Shown piece by piece: positions 8,350 through 15,718 of a DNA stretch of 64,000 nucleotides. Below the pieces are notes generated by a model. That model was not told where the DNA came from, searched no databases, and saw only the letters and a list, made by a program, of their open reading frames with translations. The position numbers and the translations under genes were made by a program. Origin of the DNA: an uncultured Candidatus Poseidoniales archaeon. Its GTDB lineage: Archaea; Thermoplasmatota; Poseidoniia; Poseidoniales; Poseidoniaceae. Within the stretch, counting starts at the first letter, position 1. Each line of letters opens with the position of its first letter. Location of the stretch: NCBI GenBank assembly GCA_902625885.1, contig CACODE010000001.1:26004-90003 (forward strand), given 5' to 3'.

Positions 8350-10892
8350 TGTTGGGAGGCATTGACATGGCCGCGCAGGCAAAACCGGGCGTTCAAGAGC
8401 GAATATTGCTCCATTTGTTGGATTATTCCGATTTTAAGGACAGCATAGAAGTCCCGTTTGCTTTGTCGCAAATGGGCATTGCAAACGCCGTCGCCATTGC
8501 GAGGTCAAACGTGCCCCGGGCCATTGCGGGCCTCAAGGAGCAAGGCATTCTTGTGGAAAGGCAAGCGCATGTCAAAGGGGTTTCACGCAAAAGAAAAGCC
8601 TACTTTCTCACCGACAGCGGCGTGTTGCTGGCAAGCGAGACTTGGGAACGGCTCTCTGAGTTCCCGGTCACGTGCGTCCTCGATGAGCAACCTGCCGTCT
8701 CAACCACGCTGGGAAGTGCGAAATCGGTGTTGCCGTTTGAGATGCGGCCGGTTGACATCATTCGGTACATCGATGAACACAACCGTCTGGACGTTCGCAA
8801 TTTATCGGCCGATCTGGTGGAGCGGGACCTGTCCAAACACGTTGAGAAACAACTCGTGACATCGCTTGCGGACCTGCCCCGTCTCCGGCATTTCTACGGC
8901 CGGGCTACGGAGCTGGACAACATGGTTAATTTGCTAGAGGCGAGAGCCACCACCTTGCTGGTTCCCGGCATTGCGGGTATCGGCAAAACGACCGTCGCTT
9001 CCAAGTTGATTGAGCGATTCATGCACCGGCGGAACCTGTTGTACCATCGATGTCAAGATTGGGAGGGCTCCCGTTCATTCTTCGAATCGGTTGCGGACTG
9101 GTTGGCGAGCATGGGCAATGCTGAGTTTTCTACCTACCTTGCAGCGACGCCTGTACCACAGCCCGCTGACGCAGCCCGGCTCTTGGTCGAAGCGCTTGAG
9201 GGCACTCCCTCGTTGTTGGTCATCGATGATTTTCACAAAGTGTCGGACACGGTGCTGCACCAGACGTTCCAAGCCATGTCGCTTGCGCTCCTTGGCAGCG
9301 AGGAGAAGATCGGTTTGGTCATTTTTTCACGTTCTTTCAAGCCGGTCGTGCCAACCAAGGACGCCGAGGGCAGAATTGCGAGTTTGGTCCTCCCGCTCGA
9401 TGGACTTGACCCAGAATCTGGAAGGAAATTGCTCACGAGTTTCGATTCCTTGGAAGACGAACAGTGGCTCCACATTCACGGGTTGTCAAGGGGCCACCCG
9501 CTGGTGCTTGAACTCATCAACCGTGGTGCGTCCGCAGGGGCTTTCCACGAGACGCTTGAGAACTACGTGACGGTCGAGATTTTCTCAAAATTGAGTGCGG
9601 AGCAGAAGCGGGTGTTGTCGGCACTCTCCGTGTTCAGGGAACCCGTTGAGCTCGAGGCGCTTGCCATGCAAAAATTGGACACCGATGAGCTTGACAGCTT
9701 GGTTGAGTCCGGCCTTGCTCGGCAAGCCGACTCTGAAACCTACGATGTCCACGATCTAATTCGCGAATTCTTGCTACGCAGCCTTTCGGTTGCGCTCAGG
9801 GAGGAGTTCCATGGAAAATGTGTTGAATGGTACAAAAAACAGTCCCAATCTCAAGACATCCTCATCGAGCTCGTCTACCACACCATCAAGTCCGGTCAGT
9901 TTGACGAAGCTTCAGCCCTCGTCGTCAAAGAAGGCAGGCAATTGGTTTCTCAGGGTCACATGGAACTGCTTGGTTTGATTGAGCAGATTGAAACGATGGA
10001 TTTGGAAGCCGATGTTGTCGTCGGCATGGCCCAATTGCAAGGCGATATTCTTGCGCTCCTTGGGCGCCTCCCAGAAGCCGAGGAAGTGCTTGGCAACACC
10101 CTTGACCTGGCAAAAAAGGCAACCAACGAACAGGTACAGGCGGAAATACTCTCCTCGCTTGCAGACGTCAGCCGAAAACAAGGCGACAGCGACCTCTCGC
10201 TCAGCCGCCACAAAATGGCATTGAAACTCTACATCTCGCTCGGTCAAGCAAGGTGGGCGGCACGCACCTACAACAACATCGGATACCTTCTGCGGAGAAA
10301 AAACGAGAAATCCAAGGCTCTCGAAGCCTATGCTGAAGTTGAATCAATTTTGCAAGATTCTGACGACGAGGACCTAATACAGAGCCAAATCACGTTGGCG
10401 CGATCGCTGATTGAGCTCGGTGAAGTGGACCGTGCGCGTGAGCACGCCATGGCCTCTCACGAGCGAACCTCAGAAATGGGCGATGCCGTCATGCACGCAA
10501 GGGCTCAAGCCGTTCTGGGCAGGTATTACTCGAAAGTAGAGCAGTCAGAGTTGGCCCTTTTCCATTACACCGAGGCTCTTGAGGCCATGAACGAGGCCGG
10601 CGACGTGCAGTCGTTGGTGGAGATCACCATGCTCCTTGGCGAGGTGTTGCACGATGCAGGTCGCGTTGACGAGGCTGTCGAACATTACGGACAGGCTTTG
10701 GTCCTGGCCGAAGCGAACGACTTGCGGATGCAGATAGGTGAACTGCTCACCCGACTTGGTGGGGTAGCCCCGGACCGTCAGGGCAGGATGGAATACTTGC
10801 AAAGGGCGTTAACCGTGTTCAGGGAACTCGGTGCGAAAACCAAGATGCGAGAGGTCCAAGCCATGGTTCACAGAGCGGTCATGAGTCGATGA
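8346..10892 (+). CDS. STAND-class signal-transduction ATPase: N-terminal winged-helix DNA-binding domain, NB-ARC/AP-ATPase P-loop NTPase, C-terminal TPR array (AfsR/MalT-like transcriptional regulator architecture)
   Basis: wHTH: ERILLHLLDYSD...ALSQMGIANAVAIARSNVPRAIAGLKEQGILVERQAHVKGVSRKRKAYFLTDSGV. Walker A LLVPGIAGIGKTTVASKL; Walker B LLVIDDFHKV; sensor-like GLVIFSRS; NB-ARC hallmark GxP motif HGLSRGHPLVLELI. Multiple C-terminal TPR-like helical repeats (ARTYNNIGYLLRRKNEKSKALEAYAEV, ALFHYTEALEAMNEAGD, AVEHYGQALVLAEAND). The GTG start at 8346 overlaps the upstream stop (GTGA); ATG 8349 and 8367 are alternatives. Confidence 0.8.
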   Translation: MMLGGIDMAAQAKPGVQERILLHLLDYSDFKDSIEVPFALSQMGIANAVAIARSNVPRAIAGLKEQGILVERQAHVKGVSRKRKAYFLTDSGVLLASETWERLSEFPVTCVLDEQPAVSTTLGSAKSVLPFEMRPVDIIRYIDEHNRLDVRNLSADLVERDLSKHVEKQLVTSLADLPRLRHFYGRATELDNMVNLLEARATTLLVPGIAGIGKTTVASKLIERFMHRRNLLYHRCQDWEGSRSFFESVADWLASMGNAEFSTYLAATPVPQPADAARLLVEALEGTPSLLVIDDFHKVSDTVLHQTFQAMSLALLGSEEKIGLVIFSRSFKPVVPTKDAEGRIASLVLPLDGLDPESGRKLLTSFDSLEDEQWLHIHGLSRGHPLVLELINRGASAGAFHETLENYVTVEIFSKLSAEQKRVLSALSVFREPVELEALAMQKLDTDELDSLVESGLARQADSETYDVHDLIREFLLRSLSVALREEFHGKCVEWYKKQSQSQDILIELVYHTIKSGQFDEASALVVKEGRQLVSQGHMELLGLIEQIETMDLEADVVVGMAQLQGDILALLGRLPEAEEVLGNTLDLAKKATNEQVQAEILSSLADVSRKQGDSDLSLSRHKMALKLYISLGQARWAARTYNNIGYLLRRKNEKSKALEAYAEVESILQDSDDEDLIQSQITLARSLIELGEVDRAREHAMASHERTSEMGDAVMHARAQAVLGRYYSKVEQSELALFHYTEALEAMNEAGDVQSLVEITMLLGEVLHDAGRVDEAVEHYGQALVLAEANDLRMQIGELLTRLGGVAPDRQGRMEYLQRALTVFRELGAKTKMREVQAMVHRAVMSR

Positions 10893-10893
10893 A

Positions 10894-11373
10894 TCATTGA
10901 ACAGCCTGCGGTCTGTCAAGCGACAAAAACGTGACGCCATCTTCATGCACCACCCAAAGACGCTCAACGCCGGCGAGTGGCACCCGCCCTTCGTGAGTGC
11001 CGGCACCCGTTCCTGAAAGGGAGACTTCCATGTCAAGCGGCCCTCCTTCATCAACCAGTTTCAGCGTGGTTTCGTGCAGTTCAACCCAAAACAGCGATTC
11101 ATCGGCTTCCGTGGGCCGCCAGGCGATCTCTTCGGCATAGGACACGTTGCCGCCCAGGCGACTCGCCTCGTCCGCTCGCTCTACAGCGGCTGCGATGTCG
11201 TCCATGTTGGCGCGAACGGCTTCTTCGTTCCATCGCAGTCGGGTGTTCGTTTCGATGTCCCACGCCCATACACTGAACATGCTCATCAGCAACACGCCAA
11301 GCAGGAACGTGAAGATGTAACCAAGTTCCGTCGCCGCAGCACGGGTGTCCCTTGCGAGCGAATGTTGCCTCAA
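10894..11373 (-). CDS. Small pilin-like protein (class-III / type-IV-pilin-like N-terminus), minor-pilin candidate
   Basis: N-terminus MRQHSLARDTRAAATELGYIFTFLLGVLLMSMFSVWAW has a basic segment, small residues, a Glu near +4/+5 of the putative cleavage site and a ~20-residue hydrophobic helix. 4-nt overlap with upstream gene. Stop codon abuts the stop of the convergent STAND gene (TGAaTCA). Confidence 0.5.
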   Translation of the reverse strand: MRQHSLARDTRAAATELGYIFTFLLGVLLMSMFSVWAWDIETNTRLRWNEEAVRANMDDIAAAVERADEASRLGGNVSYAEEIAWRPTEADESLFWVELHETTLKLVDEGGPLDMEVSLSGTGAGTHEGRVPLAGVERLWVVHEDGVTFLSLDRPQAVQ

Positions 11374-13052
11374 ACCAACACCTCCCGGGTCGTCACATCA
11401 AGCGATGCCATCTGAAGCGTGAATTCAACCACTTCTCCGTTGGTATGCCATACCGCTTCTGAGGTTCCATAACTTGGGTCGGGAACCCAGCCAACATAGT
11501 CGGTGAGCAGATCAAGCCTGCCCGGGTACACCGTCCAGTCTTCACTTGCTTCCAAGCCAACACCGGCATCATCGGCAATGGCCGCACCGTAGGGCTCGCT
11601 CCAGCCTCGGCGAACTTCGTAAGCCGGTGTCGAGGCCAGTGATGTTCGGTGCACCATTTCGATGTCAAGTTCCAGTTCACCTGCACCCGTTTCGCTACCT
11701 GCGGTAGGGTGAAGCGCCGGAATGGTGGCAGCAAATCGAGGGCCTGGGCCGCCCCTATCGGAAGGCGGTACGACAACATAGGCGTTGAATTCGGGGTGGT
11801 TGGTGACCACGGCCCCTCCGCTGAAGGCCACTTCCATGCCGTCAACCGATGACGAAAATTGGTAGGACAACCTAGACAGGTGGAACGCCCACACGGTCCC
11901 TATGGAGCTGTGCGTTGAGATACCGTCGCTGCCGAGCACGTCGATGCTCATGCTCGCTGGGTGCCGTCCATCTCTCCACGCTTGGTTCGTGTCGATTTCG
12001 CCTCGGCCACCCATTCGCTCCCATGGAAGGTCGGTCATGATCCATCCACTGGCCTGCGTTCCAACGCTTGTGCATCGCTCGGCGCCATCGTGGGAGAGGT
12101 GGAGCAGACCATTGTTCCCTCCATGCCTTACAGCGCGCAGCGGATGTCCATCTTCAACGCGTAGGGTGGTGTTGCCCTCTGGCAGGGTGATGACGCGGTG
12201 ATTGATAGCGTCAAGAAACACGCCAGACGCCTCGACAGCGCCCGAGAGGTTCCATGTTGAGGTGTAGCCTGCGAGCCGATACAGGAGCGTCTCGGTGGAT
12301 GAATTGTCGCGATTGTCGTAGGTGAACAGCCCGCCGGATAGCGAACCCGTGTCGTCAGCGGGCAGGAACATGCTGCCGTCGACCGCATCCGTGGTTGAGG
12401 CGCTGTTGTCGGCGGCCCAAGTGACCATGACGTCTCCGTCGGCGTCGATGGTCAATGCTTCACCGTCCGTTGTTGGAGGCCAATTGATTTGTTCAACGGC
12501 CCCGCTCGCCACGGAAATACCGCCACCGCGCCACGTCAGGGTGACAACGTCATCTCCCGGGTTGGTGAACCGCAGCATGCCGTTCATTGTCGGCGGCAAG
12601 AAGGCATGCCCGAGGTAGGCACCGGTCATCGAGGGCCAAGCGGTCATCCCTGCCTCGCTGGTCGTGTTGAGTTTCAACATCAATCGTGCTGGCGTGCTCG
12701 TGGTGATGTGGGCGACCGTTGGTTCCGTGAGGTTGATGTCATGACTGAAACTCACGCCGGTCCTTGCCAGACCGCTTGGTGTGGCGTAATGTATGGACGT
12801 CGCCTCGTTCACAGTGAGGTGAATTTGGTTTGAGCGATCGCTGAGCAATTCAAACGCGTGGGTCCCCGCAGGCAGCGGTATTGACCAGTCATGGCCACGT
12901 TTGTCGACAGGCTCTGGCGAGTTTGGCAACACGTAGCTGGCACCGCCATCGCCCACGTGTCCAAACACGGTCAGCGCATGGCTTGAGGTCAACGTGGCCG
13001 CACCGTAAGCCGACACGTCAACAACACCCATGTCGTCAATTCTCAGCGACAA
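11370..13052 (-). CDS. 560-aa beta-rich protein of the pilin-like cassette, no recognisable signal peptide (tip-adhesin / PilY1-like role is speculative)
   Basis: TTG start overlapping upstream gene by 17 nt; overlaps downstream gene by 4 nt. S/T/G-rich composition typical of extracellular beta proteins. No TM or signal peptide at the annotated N-terminus. Confidence 0.5.
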   Translation of the reverse strand: MSLRIDDMGVVDVSAYGAATLTSSHALTVFGHVGDGGASYVLPNSPEPVDKRGHDWSIPLPAGTHAFELLSDRSNQIHLTVNEATSIHYATPSGLARTGVSFSHDINLTEPTVAHITTSTPARLMLKLNTTSEAGMTAWPSMTGAYLGHAFLPPTMNGMLRFTNPGDDVVTLTWRGGGISVASGAVEQINWPPTTDGEALTIDADGDVMVTWAADNSASTTDAVDGSMFLPADDTGSLSGGLFTYDNRDNSSTETLLYRLAGYTSTWNLSGAVEASGVFLDAINHRVITLPEGNTTLRVEDGHPLRAVRHGGNNGLLHLSHDGAERCTSVGTQASGWIMTDLPWERMGGRGEIDTNQAWRDGRHPASMSIDVLGSDGISTHSSIGTVWAFHLSRLSYQFSSSVDGMEVAFSGGAVVTNHPEFNAYVVVPPSDRGGPGPRFAATIPALHPTAGSETGAGELELDIEMVHRTSLASTPAYEVRRGWSEPYGAAIADDAGVGLEASEDWTVYPGRLDLLTDYVGWVPDPSYGTSEAVWHTNGEVVEFTLQMASLDVTTREVLV

Positions 13053-13605
13053 CGAGAGTACCTCTTCTCCCCCCCTCCACCAGCATCACGTCAATCGGTC
13101 CTAGGGGCATTGCTAGGCCGGGGGTGACGGTGAAACGCACACGGTCCAGAACAGCGTCGATGGTGTAGTGATAGGGGCGGTCTGGCCCCAAGCGAAGGTC
13201 GGTAATGCAAACGGCCTCAACGAAACTTTCCGGGTGACGAATTTCGAGTTGGTCGTCAAAGTCAAGCGCCCCGCGCGCCCTCAAACTCATGTCCTCGACC
13301 CATGTTGCAGAATACCACATACCGCCTCGCAAGCTGTCCCAAACAAGCTCTCCGTCCACGGGGATGAGTGTGCTATGCGCTGAATCTCCTGGCATACCTC
13401 GCTCGCTTAGGGCGGACGTTTCATGAGCGAGCAGCGCCATTTGGGCTGACATATCGTGGCGTTCGACGGAGCCTTCCAATTCTTCGATGACGGGCATCAT
13501 GGAGATCATCATCAAACCGATGATGGACAGCACGCCGCCGAACAAGAGCACGGTGGCAACGGCCGCCGATACCCCCTCTTCATCTCGGCGCAGGGTTCCG
13601 TTCAC
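13036..13605 (-). CDS. Pilin-like protein with archaeal type-IV pilin (DUF1628-like) N-terminal domain
   Basis: MNGTLRRDEEG|VSAAVATVLLFGGVLSIIGLMMISMM follows the charged – G/A – VS – hydrophobic-helix pattern of haloarchaeal PilA-type class III signal peptides (compare ..DRAVSPVIGVILMVAITV..). 4-nt overlap with upstream gene. Confidence 0.55.
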   Translation of the reverse strand: MNGTLRRDEEGVSAAVATVLLFGGVLSIIGLMMISMMPVIEELEGSVERHDMSAQMALLAHETSALSERGMPGDSAHSTLIPVDGELVWDSLRGGMWYSATWVEDMSLRARGALDFDDQLEIRHPESFVEAVCITDLRLGPDRPYHYTIDAVLDRVRFTVTPGLAMPLGPIDVMLVEGGRRGTLVVAEN

Positions 13606-14687
13606 GAACTCACCTCCACCCGTTGAACGTCCACCTCAAAGTAAAGTGGAAACGCCTGTGAGGACACGCTGAATCCGTCGGCTCCGCTGGCTCTTTCGTA
13701 CGGTGAAAAACCGATGAAGGTGTCCAACGTTCCCGCTGACCTCTCAATGGTGTAGTCAGCCAGCCAGTTGTTGTGGTACTGGGGCGATATCACGTCGTGG
13801 AGGGCGTTGTGCACGTTGAAGTTCACGTTGTAGGCTCGTCCACTGAACAAGGTGAGCGGGCCCTGCGACACAAACTGCATACCGACGTTGGAGCCGGAAC
13901 CAATGCTGCCGTTGGCGATGATGTCCGTGAGCAGGATGGAAAGACGTAACTCATCGTTTGCCATGCGGTCAAACTCCACCAGTGGCATGGCGCTCACCTC
14001 CCACGCCTCGTTGGGAAACCGTTCGGCTCGGGCGTTGTTCATGAGGACGATTTGGTGTTCACCTTGCCCAAGAGACGTGGTGATTTGGAGCCCTGAGACG
14101 GTCCAGGACACATGCCGATGCAGCGGTTCGTTATCGGCACCGTAGACGGTGACGGATATCCAGTGAGAGGCGCTTGCGTTGTGGGTTACAAACACCTCGA
14201 GGTGGCTTACCGGAAGTTGCTGTTCGTAGACCACACCGGGGGACTCCACACGAATGCTGCGGGCGGTTTCGTTCGCGGTCAGAACACCGAAGGTGGTGTC
14301 GTTGACCTGGCGTATGGCGATCCGTTCACCGTCCGTCAAATCCGCCGCAATGGTCCAGTGCTCGATGTTCTGTACCGAGCGAATTGCTGTGGATTGAATG
14401 GCCAGCGTGTTCCTGAAACCTGTGCCTTCAGGAGCGTTGCCCGCCACCTCGAGCCGGTCCTCAATTCGCTCAGCGAGGCCGGTGGCAGAATTCCAGTTGG
14501 TGTTGTCCTCAAAATCCGAGAGGTACGGGTTGAGAAAAATCCAGACTCCGCCCATGATGGTGATGACCATGGCCAGCAACATCACCACGCCCAAAACCTC
14601 GCTTACAGCACGCTCATCTCCCACGCGGCGGTGAGACGCAAACTGCACGCTCGCTCGGTTCACAAGGTTGACACAACCCCGTATCAT
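13602..14687 (-). CDS. Larger pilin-like protein (class III signal peptide, DUF1628-like H-domain) with ~300-aa C-terminal beta domain
   Basis: N-terminus ..HRRVGDERAVSEVLGVVMLLAMVITIMGGVWIF closely resembles the (D/E)RAVSPVIGV.. pilin motif. An in-frame GTG giving MGDERAVSEV.. would produce a canonical short class III leader. The track start MIRGCVNL.. may be too far upstream. Confidence 0.55.
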   Translation of the reverse strand: MIRGCVNLVNRASVQFASHRRVGDERAVSEVLGVVMLLAMVITIMGGVWIFLNPYLSDFEDNTNWNSATGLAERIEDRLEVAGNAPEGTGFRNTLAIQSTAIRSVQNIEHWTIAADLTDGERIAIRQVNDTTFGVLTANETARSIRVESPGVVYEQQLPVSHLEVFVTHNASASHWISVTVYGADNEPLHRHVSWTVSGLQITTSLGQGEHQIVLMNNARAERFPNEAWEVSAMPLVEFDRMANDELRLSILLTDIIANGSIGSGSNVGMQFVSQGPLTLFSGRAYNVNFNVHNALHDVISPQYHNNWLADYTIERSAGTLDTFIGFSPYERASGADGFSVSSQAFPLYFEVDVQRVEVSS

Positions 14688-14719
14688 TTAGCCATTGACC
14701 TCAAAGTAGGGTGTGTCGG

Positions 14720-15532
14720 TCATTTGGCGACCTTTTCGTTCGGCTTGACGACGGTCGATTCTTGGCCGATGTAGTGGGAAAAGTCAGGGCCGTTTTGGCC
14801 GGAAATTCGCAAGTCACCGCTGAACACTTCATCGATGAAGTAGAGCACGGTGGATTCTGCGAGGTGTGGAAGGTTGTTTTTCTCGCTGAGGTGCATCAGG
14901 GTGATGCTTCGCGTGGCCTCCGTGCAAACTTCCGCCAGAAACCGCCCGGTCTGCTCGTTCGACAGGTGCCCTCCTCGACCTGAAATGCGGTCTTTTAGGG
15001 AGTAAGGATAGGGCCCGTGCATCAGCCGATTGTGGTCGTAATTGGCTTCCACCGAGATGTGCTCGCATCCACGCACGTGCGTGACCAGTTCTTCAGTCCA
15101 GGAGCCCAAATCCGTGATGATCGCCGCTCGCTCACCGCCGTAACTGGCCACGAACCCCACGTTGTCCGAACCTGCATGAGGTACGGGAACGGGCAGAACG
15201 GCTAAATCCGAACCAACTTTAACGAGGTCGAGGGCTTCAAAGAACGTCGTCATTTCCGGCACAAGGTCCAATTCAAGGGCGGTTCGCTCGTTGGCCAACA
15301 CGGGTATGTTCCATTTTGTTTGAAGCATTTTGGCCCCTCCACCGTGGTCGCCGTGGTGGTGGGAAAGAAAGACGCAATCAATGTCATCTGGTGTGAGTTG
15401 CAGACGGGCCAGCCGCTTCACCAACTGGGCGCCGCTGAAACCCTGGTCGATGAGCACTTTCGCACGGGGCGTTTCCAGCAGCGTTGAGTTGCCTCGGCTG
15501 CCTGAACCAAGATGCGTGATGGTCATCGTCAT
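14720..15532 (-). CDS. MBL-fold metallo-hydrolase, YycJ/WalJ-like family
   Basis: MTMTITHLGSGSRGNS, VLIDQGFSG, HHHGDHGGG (HxHxDH), HLSNEQ, LMHLSEKNN all align with YycJ-type beta-lactamase-fold hydrolases. Start moved to ATG 15532; the first ~216 codons of the 486-aa track ORF are non-protein-like and overlap the divergent promoter region. Confidence 0.8.
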   Translation of the reverse strand: MTMTITHLGSGSRGNSTLLETPRAKVLIDQGFSGAQLVKRLARLQLTPDDIDCVFLSHHHGDHGGGAKMLQTKWNIPVLANERTALELDLVPEMTTFFEALDLVKVGSDLAVLPVPVPHAGSDNVGFVASYGGERAAIITDLGSWTEELVTHVRGCEHISVEANYDHNRLMHGPYPYSLKDRISGRGGHLSNEQTGRFLAEVCTEATRSITLMHLSEKNNLPHLAESTVLYFIDEVFSGDLRISGQNGPDFSHYIGQESTVVKPNEKVAK

Positions 15533-15718
15533 GCGAACACAAAGCGAGCATCGCGGAAGGAACTTGAATACACCGCTTCTTGAGGAAAAGAGCGGCTGTT
15601 TTTCAGCCAAGAACTGCGTCATCAGTCGCATTTTGTATGAACAATGTTCCATCAACATCATAAGCAATTTGAACAGAGAAAATACAAGCGAGGCTGCGCC
15701 TTCGCAGACGGTGTCTTG

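Noticed and set aside
8346-10892. Avs-type antiviral STAND (defence) protein
   Set aside because: Avs proteins carry an N-terminal nuclease/protease effector. Here the N-terminus is a winged-helix DNA-binding domain, i.e. regulator architecture (AfsR/MalT-like), not a defence effector.
11393-11845. 150-aa alternative-frame ORF inside the 560-aa pilin-cassette gene
   Set aside because: Nested in a different frame of a longer, protein-like ORF. Trp/Arg/Pro-rich junk composition.
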